A program made the translations under genes and the position numbers. From an uncultured Pelagibacteraceae bacterium (lineage in GTDB: Bacteria > Pseudomonadota > Alphaproteobacteria > Pelagibacterales > Pelagibacteraceae): a stretch of DNA of 64,000 nucleotides. Below the pieces are notes generated by a model. The model was not told the DNA's origin, did no database searches, and saw nothing but the letters and a program-made list of their open reading frames with translations. Shown here one piece after another: positions 49,607 through 64,000 of the stretch (the first letter of the stretch is position 1; each line of letters starts with the position of its first letter). The stretch covers positions 57,545 through 121,544 of the forward strand of contig CACJUZ010000002.1 in the NCBI GenBank assembly GCA_902596745.1, in the 5' to 3' direction.

Positions 49607-50731
49607 TTAATTTACAGGAATATCTTTATAAACTCTGCAAGACATGGCTACTCCGAGACCAAACATAATCGCCATCATAGATGATCCACCATATGACATA
49701 ATTGGTAATGGAGCCCCTACAATCGGCAAAAGGCCAAGAACCATGCCCATATTTACTGCAACATATATAAAAAAGGCAGTAGCGAAACTGTAACAATACA
49801 ACTTACCAAAGCTACTTCTTGTTATATCCCCAATATTGATAAGCCTGAATATTATTACACTATAAAGAATTAATATGAATAAAGAGCCCACAAAGCCAAA
49901 TTCTTCGGAGAATAAGGTAAATATAAAATCTGTATGTTTTTCAGGTAAATAATCTAAATAACTTTGAGAGCCATTTAAAAATCCCTTTCCGAATAAACCT
50001 CCAGATCCAATAGCTATTTTTGATTGAATAATTTGATACCCTGCGCCCAGAGGATCTCTGTCCGGATTTAAAAAAGTTAAAATTCTTGCTTTTTGATATG
50101 GTTTTAAGAATGCAATTGCTATTGGAGTAAGTGATATGAATAATATTGATGCATATGCAAAAAATTTAACACGTACTCCTGCAAGCCAAGAGACGGTCAC
50201 ACCTCCTAAAGCTATAAGAATTGAAGTTCCTAAATCCGGTTGAGCTACAACAAGTAAAACTGGTGCGACTAAAGCTACAATAGGTAAAAATAAAAATTTA
50301 ATTCTGTTTACGTCCTGAGTAGATATACGGTGATAATATTTCGCTAAAAATAAAATTAACCCAATTTTCATCAGCTCAGAAGGTTGAAGATTCATAAAGT
50401 AGAAATTTAACCATCTCTGTGAACCGGATGAAGTAAGGCCAAAATATTTTACTCCTAGAAGTAAAAGAAAGAATGCAAGATATAAAAGTGTACTTGTTTG
50501 GTACCAAAACCTTATTTGAAACAGAGAAATTATTAAAAACATAGTAAAGAAAATTCCAAATCTCAAAATGTGACTTTTAGTATGATAATCAAATTTGCCG
50601 CCATCTGTGGAATACATCGCAAACATACTAATAATTCCAAGAATTAATACTGACAAAATTAGAACATAATCCATAGAGACAACCTTGTCTCTAAAAGTCA
50701 TTGAGGATTGTATTGATCTTGGTTGAAACAT
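49607..50731 (-). CDS. rodA: Rod shape-determining SEDS protein RodA
   Basis: GSQRWL, LQPSELMK, QPDLGT, GYQIIQSKIAIGSGG, LPEKHTDFIF. Confidence 0.95.
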   Translation of the reverse strand: MFQPRSIQSSMTFRDKVVSMDYVLILSVLILGIISMFAMYSTDGGKFDYHTKSHILRFGIFFTMFLIISLFQIRFWYQTSTLLYLAFFLLLLGVKYFGLTSSGSQRWLNFYFMNLQPSELMKIGLILFLAKYYHRISTQDVNRIKFLFLPIVALVAPVLLVVAQPDLGTSILIALGGVTVSWLAGVRVKFFAYASILFISLTPIAIAFLKPYQKARILTFLNPDRDPLGAGYQIIQSKIAIGSGGLFGKGFLNGSQSYLDYLPEKHTDFIFTLFSEEFGFVGSLFILILYSVIIFRLINIGDITRSSFGKLYCYSFATAFFIYVAVNMGMVLGLLPIVGAPLPIMSYGGSSMMAIMFGLGVAMSCRVYKDIPVN

Positions 50732-52662
50732 TAAATTTCTTCTCCAGTTAAACTTTTTAAATTATCTCTTAAATTGTCTCTCTCTAAAACTTTTTTAATA
50801 ACTTGTTTTGCAATAGGGGCTGCTGCGCTACTTCCTGTTCCTCCATGCTCCACGACTACACTTATTGCATATTTTGGATCTGAGTAAGGCGCAAAAGCAA
50901 CGAAAAGAGCATGATCACGGTCCTCATAAACTATATCTTTTTGTTTTACTTCTAATTCTCTTTGTAAAGCTGTAAATTTTTTTACCTGTGAAGATCCAGT
51001 TTTTCCAGCAAACATAAATTTTTGATCGTTAAATCTAGATCTAAAAGAAGTTCCGCCTGCCTCGTTTGTAGCAGCAAACATAGCGTCCTTTACGAAGTTA
51101 ATATTTTCTTGATTTCTAAACAGAGGCTTTAAATCAAAATTAGAAACTAACATGTCTATTGGTAAAGGGTCATTTGGATTTTCATTTTTATATTTAATAT
51201 ATTCTCTTAATTTATTTTTGTTTTTATTAACTAAAACCCTCGGTTTAATTTCAAATCCTCCATTTGCAATTTGCGCAGTCATTAAACATAATTGAAGAGG
51301 AGTACTTTGAAAATATCCTTGTCCTATGCCAGAGTGCAATGTTTCTCCTAGATACCAATTTTTTCCAATAAACTTTCTTTTCCAGGCTGTATTTGGTACA
51401 ACACCTTCTCTCTCTTCTATAAATCCCTCCAATACTTTTTTCCCTAAACCAAATTTTTTAGCTGTTTCAGATAACCTGTCAACTCCAAGTAGTCTTGCTA
51501 CTTCATAAAAATAAACATCACAAGATCTTTGAATTGCTGATCTTAAGTTCATAGGACCATGACCTTTTTTTTTCCAGCAATGAAATTTTTCCCCATAAAG
51601 TTCTGTTAAACCATTACAATTAATGTATTTTTTTGGGTTCCAAATACCATTTTCCAACGCACTAAGAGCTACGATAATTTTAATAGTTGATCCTGGTGGA
51701 TATAGTCCAGCTATAGCTTTGTTGTTAAGAGGTTTTCTCTTATTAGAAATTAATTCTTCCCAATATTTTTTATCTATTCCATGAACAAATGAATTTGGAT
51801 CATAGCTTGGTGATGACACCATTGTGATAATATCTCCGTTATAAATATCCATTACACATACCGAAGCAGCTTTATCTTCTAAAATTTTTGATGTAAATTT
51901 TTGAATTTCAAGATCAATTGTTGTTCTATAGTTCTTACCTGACTCGCCCGGGTCAACTTGAATTTGCTTGATTCTTTTCCCATAAGCATTTACTTCATAT
52001 CGTTGAAATCCGACTTTACCTATAATATCTTGATCAAGTTTGTTTTCTAGCCCTGTTTTTCCAACAGCTATTCCAACCGACATATCTTTTAAATATTGTT
52101 TTTTTTGAAGATCTTTTTGACTTACTTGGGAAACGTAGCCAACTAAATGGGCGGTAGACTGGTCAGGATATTGGCGAGCAACCGAAACAATTGGCTCAAC
52201 CCCAGGGAGTTCATGTAAAAACAAGTTTATTCGTGAAAATTCAGACCAAGTAAGATTATCTGAAACAATTATTGGCTCCCATGGTTTCTGTTTAGCGATT
52301 TTTCTTTTCAAGTAAAAAATTCTTTTATCTGAAAGATTCAAAATTGATTTAAGCCTAAAGAACAGTGTTTCTAAATTTGGTGAATTCTCTGGTGTAATAT
52401 GCAATTGGTAAACTTTTTCATTAGACGCAATTTCCTTGTCAAAAAAGTCTCTAATAATACCTCTTTGAGGTGCTAATTTCCATTCTCTAAATCTATTTTT
52501 GTCAGATAAAGTTTTATATTTTGTTGCCTCATTTATCTGCAAGGACACTAGTCGTCCAAAAATTCCACAAAAAACGATTGTTTTTGCGGCAGTAAGAACA
52601 AACATCCTTCTACTGATTAACTTGGATTTTATTACTGTATTTCCAGATCCAAAATTAATCAT
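50731..52662 (-). CDS. mrdA: Penicillin-binding protein 2
   Basis: YPPGSTIK (SxxK), SCDVYFY, GKTGS. Confidence 0.95.
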   Translation of the reverse strand: MINFGSGNTVIKSKLISRRMFVLTAAKTIVFCGIFGRLVSLQINEATKYKTLSDKNRFREWKLAPQRGIIRDFFDKEIASNEKVYQLHITPENSPNLETLFFRLKSILNLSDKRIFYLKRKIAKQKPWEPIIVSDNLTWSEFSRINLFLHELPGVEPIVSVARQYPDQSTAHLVGYVSQVSQKDLQKKQYLKDMSVGIAVGKTGLENKLDQDIIGKVGFQRYEVNAYGKRIKQIQVDPGESGKNYRTTIDLEIQKFTSKILEDKAASVCVMDIYNGDIITMVSSPSYDPNSFVHGIDKKYWEELISNKRKPLNNKAIAGLYPPGSTIKIIVALSALENGIWNPKKYINCNGLTELYGEKFHCWKKKGHGPMNLRSAIQRSCDVYFYEVARLLGVDRLSETAKKFGLGKKVLEGFIEEREGVVPNTAWKRKFIGKNWYLGETLHSGIGQGYFQSTPLQLCLMTAQIANGGFEIKPRVLVNKNKNKLREYIKYKNENPNDPLPIDMLVSNFDLKPLFRNQENINFVKDAMFAATNEAGGTSFRSRFNDQKFMFAGKTGSSQVKKFTALQRELEVKQKDIVYEDRDHALFVAFAPYSDPKYAISVVVEHGGTGSSAAAPIAKQVIKKVLERDNLRDNLKSLTGEEI

Positions 52663-53173
52663 CTGCCCTCAAAAACATTATTTTTTTATAAAAATTAAAA
52701 ACTGTCCAAATAAGTGGGTAGAAAAGAAAGGTAAAAAAAGCATTATAAGACATGTCTACATAAGATATTTGTAGATCTGAAAAATTTAAGATTAATATTA
52801 AATAAACCATATTTGAAAAAAATATAGCCAATAAAAAAGTAAACCAGTCAGTAAATAAAGATATATTCACTGTAACCTGTCTAATATAAGATGCAACAAA
52901 TGAGACTGTTAAATATGATATTGAGCTAATACCTAGTGGCAGCCCCATTACAACATCGTTAATAATGCCTGCAAAAAATATATGACCATTTCCTAAAACA
53001 CTAGAATTTTTTAACATCCAGTAATAAATAATTATAATTTGAAGATTAAATGACAAAATTTCAAACATGTTACTAAAATGAGTGTCAATTTCACTTAATG
53101 ATAAGTAGTATAAAATCAATAAGGGTAAGGAATTGATAACACTGGCTTTGAAATTTTTATATATAATTGCCAT
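52655..53173 (-). CDS. mreD: Rod shape-determining protein MreD
   Basis: Hydrophobic; GIINDVVMGLPLG; lies between mreC and mrdA. Confidence 0.85.
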   Translation of the reverse strand: MAIIYKNFKASVINSLPLLILYYLSLSEIDTHFSNMFEILSFNLQIIIIYYWMLKNSSVLGNGHIFFAGIINDVVMGLPLGISSISYLTVSFVASYIRQVTVNISLFTDWFTFLLAIFFSNMVYLILILNFSDLQISYVDMSYNAFFTFLFYPLIWTVFNFYKKIMFLRADD

Positions 53174-54024
53174 TAAAAATTATCTTTATTCGTTTTTATT
53201 AATTGCACTGTCACAAAAGAAAGTTGATTTGGATCAGAAAAAAGTTTTACTTTCACATTTAATTCATCCATTTCAGTTTTTCCAACTGGTATTCCAGGTA
53301 GAAAAACCCCGTCTTTTCCAGATGTAAAAACTGTGAGATTGCCATAAGGCTCATAAAGTTCTGGCAAATATTCTAGCATTGGTTTTTTTTCACCTATACC
53401 AGATAGAATTGCTTGGATAGATTCTTCTCCAAAAGTGACAGGTATTCTACTATTTAAATCGTTTAGAAGTAAAACTCTAGAAGATAAATAATTTACTTCA
53501 ACTATTTTGCCCACCAAATAATTTCCATCAACTACTGGCATTCCTTTATTGATTCCAGATTTTGAACCTCTATTAATTATTATTGATTTAAGATAAGGAC
53601 TATCTTTATCAAGAAGGACCTTTGCTAATATACTCTTCCCTTTTATTTTAACATCTGACTCTAAAATTCTTCTTAAACTATCATTTTGGTTTTTTAAAAA
53701 CTCAACTTGAAATTCTTTATTTTGTAATTCTTTAAGCTTTGTCTTAAGGTTTTTATTTTCCTCTACAGCAAAAGCGGTTTCTTTAATTGTCTCATTAATT
53801 TTGGGTAATAGTTTCAGTGGTGCTGTTGAAATATTTGTTAATCTATAAATTCCATCATTAATTAATATTTTTGAGAATTTTATAAACTTTACCTGATAAA
53901 TGTCTAAAAGAAATATTATTATTGCTAAAAATAATAGAAATACTAAAGAAAATTTTTGTCTAGCTCCCTTTTTTAAAAGAGCTGATCTAATCGCTATTCC
54001 AAAATCATCTCTGCTTGAGGACAT
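53173..54024 (-). CDS. mreC: Rod shape-determining protein MreC
   Basis: TM plus coiled coil; IIINRGS..G, LVGKI, TSGKDGVF.PGIPVG. Confidence 0.92.
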   Translation of the reverse strand: MSSSRDDFGIAIRSALLKKGARQKFSLVFLLFLAIIIFLLDIYQVKFIKFSKILINDGIYRLTNISTAPLKLLPKINETIKETAFAVEENKNLKTKLKELQNKEFQVEFLKNQNDSLRRILESDVKIKGKSILAKVLLDKDSPYLKSIIINRGSKSGINKGMPVVDGNYLVGKIVEVNYLSSRVLLLNDLNSRIPVTFGEESIQAILSGIGEKKPMLEYLPELYEPYGNLTVFTSGKDGVFLPGIPVGKTEMDELNVKVKLFSDPNQLSFVTVQLIKTNKDNF

Positions 54025-54039
54025 TTTTTTCTTTGTCCA

Positions 54040-56656
<2,617 letters not shown>

Positions 56657-56737
56657 AAACTGAAAAGTATATTACAAGCAAAACGAGAATATGCAAATAC
56701 TTATAATCAAATCACTTAAATTTTAGTTCAGATTGGG

Positions 56738-58307
<1,570 letters not shown>

Positions 58308-58308
<1 letters not shown>

Positions 58309-60074
58309 TAAACTAATATCTTTCCTTCGTCAGAAATTTCTTCCTCTTCCTCAGGTCCTAAAATCATTTGATTATGTGGTTTGCCAGAAGGTATCATCGG
58401 AAAACAATTTTCAGCTTTATCAACTAAACAATCAAAAATTACCGGTCTATCTACATTGACCATTTCTTTAATTTTTTCATCAAGTTCATCGGGAGTTTTT
58501 GCTCTTATACCAACGCATCCGTATGACTCTGCAAGTTTTACAAAATCAGGTAAAGCTGCAGTATAACTTTCAGAATAGTTTTTTTCGTGTAATAATTCTT
58601 GCCATTGTCTGACCATTCCCATGTATTCATTGTTTAAAATAAATATTTTAATTGGTAACTTGTATTGCACTGCTGTAGACATTTCCTGCATAGTCATTAA
58701 AACTGAGGCTTCTCCAGCTATATCTACTACTAATTTTCCTGGATTGGCTACTTGAACACCAATTGCGGCTGGCAAACCATAGCCCATAGTACCTAATCCT
58801 CCGGAGGTCATCCATCTATTAGGTTTGTTAAACTTATAATGTTGTGCAGCCCACATCTGATGTTGACCAACCTCAGTTGTAACAAATGTGTCTTTGTCTT
58901 TCGTTAATTCATATAGTCTTTGAACTGCGTGTTGAGGTTTAATTATTTTGTTACTATTTATAAAGTTAAGAGACTTTTTTTCTCTCCACTTTTCAATTGT
59001 GCTCCACCATTTCGAAGTCTTCTGTTTGTTAGAGCTTAAAAAGTTTTTATTTTTTTCTTTAAATCTCTTTATTAATAATTTTAAAAATTCTGAAACATCA
59101 CTCACAATTGCTAAATCTACTTTTATATTTTTGCCAATAGATGATGGATCAATATCAACATGTATTTTTTTTGATCCAGGAGAAAACTCATCAACCTTAC
59201 CAGTTATTCTGTCATCAAATCTCGCACCAATATTAATCATTAAATCACAATCATGCATTGCATTATTAGCTTCAAATGTTCCGTGCATACCTAGCATTCC
59301 TAAAAACTGTGGATCATCTCCAGGGTAAGCACCTAATCCTTGAAGTGTTGAGGTAATTGGGAATCCAGTTAAAGCAACTAACTCTCTTAAATATTCGCTA
59401 GCTTGAGGACCAGAATTAATAACTCCTCCTCCAGTATAAAAAATTGGTTTTGAAGATTTTTTTAATAAATCAATAAATTTATCTAATTCATTGTTCGAAA
59501 TTTTATGTGTAGCTCTACCATTCAGTTTTTTTTTAAGAGTGCTTTTAGAGAAACTATATTTCCCTTTTTTGAATTGAATGTCTTTTGGAATATCAACTAA
59601 TACCGGACCAGGTCTTCCCGTTGTGGCTACCTCAAAAGCTAAATGTAAAACTCTCGCTAGATCATTAACATCTTTAACCAACCAATTATGTTTTGTGCAA
59701 GGACGAGTAATGCCAGTAGTGTCACATTCTTGAAAGGCATCAGTGCCAATTAAATGTGTTGGTACTTGACCTGAGATACAAACTAAAGGGACTGAGTCCA
59801 TATAAGCATCTGTTAAAGCTGTAACAGCATTAGTTGCGCCAGGACCAGAGGTAACTAACAAGATGCCTGGTTTGCCACTTGATCTAGCATAGCCTTCAGC
59901 AGCATGTCCAGCACCTTGTTCATGTCTCGCTAAAATATGTTTAATTGATTTGTGATTTTTCAGTTCATCATAAATTGGAAGAACAGCCCCTCCAGGATAA
60001 CCAAAAATATAATCAACTTTTTGATCCTCTAAAGCTTTAAAAACAATTTCTGCACCAGTAAATAATTTAGGCAT
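58308..60074 (-). CDS. ilvI: Acetolactate synthase large subunit
   Basis: FGYPGGAVLP, RHEQGAGHAAEGYAR, TSGPGATN, VGQHQMWAAQ, GGLGTMGYGLPAA. Confidence 0.95.
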
Positions 60075-60080
60075 TTAAAC

Positions 60081-60108
60081 AATCTACCGGAGAATCTCTT
60101 TTGGTCAA
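60081..60108 (-). promoter_or_regulatory. Sigma70 promoter for ilvI-ilvH-ilvC, probably leaderless
   Basis: TTGACC-16 bp-TAGATT, ending 6 nt before the ATG. Confidence 0.6.
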
Positions 60109-60111
60109 GTT

Positions 60112-61029
60112 TTAGCTAACAAGATTTAAAATTTTTTTTAAAAGAATAGAAGAATTACTTGAATATATCATATGCCAATCACTCATATGAGCTCTAGACC
60201 AAGTTTTTTGTCTTTTAGCATATTGTCTCGTTTTAATGTTCATTAATTCTATGAGATTTTTTTGGTCTAAGTCTCCGCTCAAAAATCTTTGAATTTCTTG
60301 GACTCCAATTATCTTATTGGGTGATAATGATTTTTTTAGCCTTTTTTTCTTAAAATTTATGACTTCATTAATACACTTTTTTTCAATCATAGATTTGGTC
60401 CTCAACTCAATATTTTTTAGTAGTTGGTTTTTTGGCGTATTAATAAAAAATTTATTAAATGTGTAATTTTTAAATAATGGTTTTGTTTTTTTTGCCCACT
60501 GGTAAATTGATTTTCTTGTAAATTTTTTTACCTCATATGCTCTAAGTGACCTTTGTGTGTCAGATGGGGAAATTTTATTTCTTGAAATAGGGTCTAGTTT
60601 AATTAATTTCTTATAAAATTCTTTCTGACCTATTTTTTTATGAAGATTCCTTATGCTATTTCTATAAGAAAATTTAATATTTGGTATTTTGCTTATACCA
60701 TCAGTTATTGCCTTAAAGTATAGACCAGTTCCCCCTACTAGTATTGGAACTTTATCTTTTTTGACTATTTGATTAATTTTATCTGAAGCAAGTTTAAGCC
60801 ATTTTCCTGTAGAAAAAACAGCTCCAGAAGATTGAAATCCATATAAATGATGTTTTGCTAATCTTAATTCATTTTCACTTGGTCTAGAGGATAAAATATG
60901 AAAATCTTTATATACTTGCATACTATCTGCATTAATAATTTCACCGTTAATTCTTTTTGCTAATTTGATTGCTATTTTTGTTTTACCTGATGCAGTTGGA
61001 CCAGCTAATAAAATAATTTTTCTTTTCAA
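60112..61029 (-). CDS. miaA: tRNA dimethylallyltransferase
   Basis: GPTASGKT, INADSMQVY, VGGTGLYF, TRQYAKRQ.TW. Confidence 0.95.
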   Translation of the reverse strand: MKRKIILLAGPTASGKTKIAIKLAKRINGEIINADSMQVYKDFHILSSRPSENELRLAKHHLYGFQSSGAVFSTGKWLKLASDKINQIVKKDKVPILVGGTGLYFKAITDGISKIPNIKFSYRNSIRNLHKKIGQKEFYKKLIKLDPISRNKISPSDTQRSLRAYEVKKFTRKSIYQWAKKTKPLFKNYTFNKFFINTPKNQLLKNIELRTKSMIEKKCINEVINFKKKRLKKSLSPNKIIGVQEIQRFLSGDLDQKNLIELMNIKTRQYAKRQKTWSRAHMSDWHMIYSSNSSILLKKILNLVS

Positions 61030-61031
61030 AA

Positions 61032-62447
61032 CTATTTGAGTTTTACGCCTAGGTATCTTCGTTGATTATTGTTATTGATAATGGTTAGATATAAAGGTTG
61101 TCCTTTATCTTTAATTTTTTTAATTAAATTATCTAAGTTATCAATTTTTTGTATCGGTTTTTTTTGGATTTCAATTATCACGTCATTTACATTTAATAAA
61201 CCTACTACAGGGCTTCTCTTAGATATCTCTACGATGACTGCTCCCTTCAAAGCTTTATTTAAATTTCTTGTTTTAATATCATTTGAGTTTAAATCTCTTA
61301 CAGTTATTTTTAATGTGTCTACATCTAATTCTTTGGTTTTTTTGGGTAACTCAGCTTTCTTTTCTTTAAACTCACTCGAAGACTCAAGTCTACCTAGAGT
61401 AAGTCTTTTATCGATCATCTTTTTATTTCTCCAAATTTTAAGCGTAACACTTTTTCCGACATCAGTGCTTGCAACTACCTTAGGGAGTTTTCTCATTGTT
61501 TCAATTTTTTTTCCATCAAACTCCAAAATTATGTCTCCAGCTTTTATACCAGCTTTGTCTGCGGGACTTTTTTCTCCTACACTTGCAACTAATGCTCCAG
61601 ATGGTTTTTTTAAATTTTCTACTTCTGCTATTTCTTTAGTGACTTCTTGAATTCTAACTCCAAGCCATCCTCTTCTTGTTTCACCATATTTTATTAATTG
61701 ATCAATAATGTTTGAGGCAGCATTTGCTGGAATTGCAAAACCAATTCCAATTGATCCAGCTTGACCAGGAGCAATTATAGCTGTGTTAATTCCAATTACT
61801 TCACCCTCTAAATTAAAAAGAGGGCCTCCAGAGTTTCCCTGATTTATAGACGCATCAGTTTGAATAAAATCATCGTAACGTGTTAAATTAATATCTCTAT
61901 TTCTTGCTGAAATAATTCCTGAAGTTACAGTGCCACCTAATCCGAAAGGATTTCCAATTGCCACAACCCAGTCTCCAACTCTTGCTTTATCAGAATCACC
62001 AAACTCCACAACTTCAAAATCATTTTTGCTATCTTTAATTTTTAAAACAGCAACATCTGCGTAAGGATCTGAACCTAAAACTTCTGCTTTATATTCCTTA
62101 TCACCAATCCGCACTATTATATCCTCAGCATTAGCGATAACGTGATTGTTTGTTACCACAACACCTTCTTTTTTTATAATAAAGCCAGATCCCAAAGATG
62201 AGGCTTTTCGTTCAGTTGGTCTTTGAAATTCTTTAAACATATCTTCAAAAGGTGATCCTGGAGGAAATTGGAAAGGAAATTGATTATTATTTGTCGTACG
62301 AATTGTTTGTGTAGTTGAAATGTTAACCACTGATGGCATTAATTTTTCAGCTAAATCGGCAAAAGATTCTGGTCTAGTATTTGCACTTATATTACTTGAA
62401 AAAGAAGAAATTAATAAAACTATAATGAATTTTTTAAATATTCTCAT
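61032..62447 (-). CDS. degP: DegP/HtrA-family periplasmic serine protease with PDZ domains
   Basis: GSGFII, TNNHV, IGNPFGLGGTVTSGIIS, DASINQGNSGGPL, RGWLGV. Confidence 0.92.
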   Translation of the reverse strand: MRIFKKFIIVLLISSFSSNISANTRPESFADLAEKLMPSVVNISTTQTIRTTNNNQFPFQFPPGSPFEDMFKEFQRPTERKASSLGSGFIIKKEGVVVTNNHVIANAEDIIVRIGDKEYKAEVLGSDPYADVAVLKIKDSKNDFEVVEFGDSDKARVGDWVVAIGNPFGLGGTVTSGIISARNRDINLTRYDDFIQTDASINQGNSGGPLFNLEGEVIGINTAIIAPGQAGSIGIGFAIPANAASNIIDQLIKYGETRRGWLGVRIQEVTKEIAEVENLKKPSGALVASVGEKSPADKAGIKAGDIILEFDGKKIETMRKLPKVVASTDVGKSVTLKIWRNKKMIDKRLTLGRLESSSEFKEKKAELPKKTKELDVDTLKITVRDLNSNDIKTRNLNKALKGAVIVEISKRSPVVGLLNVNDVIIEIQKKPIQKIDNLDNLIKKIKDKGQPLYLTIINNNNQRRYLGVKLK

Positions 62448-62633
62448 TTAATGTCTCATATACCAAATTATTACAAATCCTATTAATAAGAAAAAAATGC
62501 CTGAATATCTTAACTTGTTTTCAGACATAGTTTCTATAATTTTAAGCATATTTTTTATTCTTGACGGAAACATGGCAATTAAAAGACCTTCTATGAAAAA
62601 AAGTAATCCTATAGCCGTAATAAGATCACTCAT
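62448..62633 (-). CDS. DUF2065 (YjeT-like) small membrane protein
   Basis: AIGLLFFIEGLL...FP...LR..G; usual position after hflC. Confidence 0.8.
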   Translation of the reverse strand: MSDLITAIGLLFFIEGLLIAMFPSRIKNMLKIIETMSENKLRYSGIFFLLIGFVIIWYMRH

Positions 62634-62641
62634 ATTTTAAA

Positions 62642-63514
62642 TTAGTTTTTTTTAATTAGACCAGATTTTCCAAAAAATTTAAAGAAATCACTGTCTGGTG
62701 AAAGTATTAAAGATGTGTCTCCGCCTATAAGAGCTTTTTCATAAGATTGCATCGCTCTGTAAAAACTAAAAAATTGCGGGTCCTTGCCAAAAGCATCTGC
62801 AAATATTTTATTTCTTTGGCCATCTCCTTCACCTTTCATAATTTCTGATTTCTTCTTAGCGTTTGCTAGAATTACTGTTACCTCTTTATCAGCTGTAGAT
62901 TTAATTCTCGTAGCTATCTCTGCTCCTTGGGCTCTAAATTCTTTTGCTTCTCTTTGTCTTTCAGTTTGCATTCGAGCATAAATTGCTTCACTATTTGCTT
63001 GTGGTAAGTCAGCTCTTTTAATTCTAACGTCAACAATCTCTATTCCAAAATTTTTAGCCTCAGTGTTTACATCGTTCTGGATTATTGACATTTGTTTAGC
63101 TCTATCTTTTGATAATAGAGTGGCAAGCTCTTGTTTACCTAAAACACCTCTAATTCTTGAATTAATAATAGTGGCAAGTCTTTGTCTAGCAACTCTTTCG
63201 TTACCTACTGAGATGTAAAACTTAAGTGGATCAACAATTTTAAATCTAGCAATCGCGTCAACAATTAATCTTTTTTGATCTGCAGCTATAACTTCTTCCG
63301 GTGGATTATCTAAATTTAAAACTCTTTTGTCTAAGTATGCAACGTTTTGGATAAATGGTAATTTAAAATTTAAACCTGATTTATTTACAATTTTTTTAGG
63401 GTCACCAAATTGTAGAACGATAGCCTGATTAATCTCTTGAACAATAAAAATTGATTGAAAGGCGGTTATTCCTAAAACAACAATAAATGGTATAAAAAAT
63501 TTAGATACTTTCAT
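62642..63514 (-). CDS. hflC: FtsH protease modulator HflC
   Basis: SPFH domain; DVRIKRADLP, RMQTERQREA, DPQFFSFYRAMQSY. Confidence 0.95.
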   Translation of the reverse strand: MKVSKFFIPFIVVLGITAFQSIFIVQEINQAIVLQFGDPKKIVNKSGLNFKLPFIQNVAYLDKRVLNLDNPPEEVIAADQKRLIVDAIARFKIVDPLKFYISVGNERVARQRLATIINSRIRGVLGKQELATLLSKDRAKQMSIIQNDVNTEAKNFGIEIVDVRIKRADLPQANSEAIYARMQTERQREAKEFRAQGAEIATRIKSTADKEVTVILANAKKKSEIMKGEGDGQRNKIFADAFGKDPQFFSFYRAMQSYEKALIGGDTSLILSPDSDFFKFFGKSGLIKKN

Positions 63515-64000
63515 TAACTACCACTCTTCTTTTTAATTTCTGGTAAGGGTAAATAAGGCACTACCCCTGAACCTGATTCTTTATCGATTATAACTTTATC
63601 TATATCTGCTAAAACTTTTTCCATGGTCTCAAGAAACATTCTTTCTTGAGTAACTTGTTTTGCGTTTCTGTATTCACCATAAATCGCTAAAAATCTAGAA
63701 GCTTCACCCTCAGCAGTTGCTACAACTTCTTTTTTATATGCCTCAGCTTCTTGTAATATTTTTTCTGCATCTCCTCGAGCTCTTGGAATTACATCGTTAG
63801 CATAAGCTTCTGCTTCGTTTTTTGATCTTTCTTTATCCGCTCTAGCTGCTTGTACATCTCTAAATGCATCTATAACTTGACTTGGCGGGTCGGCTTTTTG
63901 TGTTTGAACTTGAGTGATTTGAATACCAGATCCATACTCATCTAAAATATTTTGAGTAATTTCCTGCACTTCAATTTCTATGTTAGATCTTCCTTCAGTT
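63514..64000 (-). CDS. hflK: FtsH protease modulator HflK, C-terminal part (start lies beyond the window end)
   Basis: DPPSQVIDAFRDVQAARAD, NEAEAYANDVIPRARG, GVVPYLPL. Confidence 0.93.
   Translation of the reverse strand, partial: TEGRSNIEIEVQEITQNILDEYGSGIQITQVQTQKADPPSQVIDAFRDVQAARADKERSKNEAEAYANDVIPRARGDAEKILQEAEAYKKEVVATAEGEASRFLAIYGEYRNAKQVTQERMFLETMEKVLADIDKVIIDKESGSGVVPYLPLPEIKKKSGS

Noticed and set aside
56657-56737. Leu/Ile/Val attenuator leader before leuA or ilvI
   Set aside because: No short Leu/Ile/Val-rich ORF or terminator; promoter-like boxes lie within about 12 nt of the starts
61069-61650. 193-aa plus-strand ORF
   Set aside because: Lies wholly antisense to degP with no start signals or recognisable motifs; shadow ORF

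Overview
AT-rich, extremely gene-dense bacterial DNA with tiny or overlapping intergenic gaps. Gene content, gene order and a SAM-V riboswitch point to SAR11 (Candidatus Pelagibacter-like Alphaproteobacteria); this taxonomy is inferred, not looked up. The window is mostly core metabolism: prpD-acnA; two LIV-family ABC transporters; a tctCBA tripartite transporter beside glutarate dioxygenase glaH/csiD; redox genes (grxC, ccdA, msrB); cysE; metY under tandem SAM-II/SAM-V riboswitches; a methylated-glycine oxidation block (DMGDH-like, etfBA, ETF-QO, soxBDAG); a bactofilin plus the mreBCD-mrdA-rodA cluster; leuA, ilvC, ilvH, ilvI; miaA, degP and hflC/hflK. I saw no tRNA, rRNA, CRISPR array, integrase, transposase, prophage or defence genes, and no clearly new system. 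Best leads: (1) an identical 19-bp (TTAA)4 element in the leaders of both LivJ-family binding-protein genes, partly shared by tctC; (2) the SAM-II half of the tandem riboswitch looks degenerate while its terminator/antiterminator is intact; (3) a probable glutarate/dicarboxylate import-oxidation-export locus hidden behind 'branched-chain amino acid' labels; (4) two exported Cys-containing hypothetical proteins inserted antisense between etfA and ETF-QO; (5) many apparently leaderless genes. All gene calls come from motif recognition; no database searches were run.
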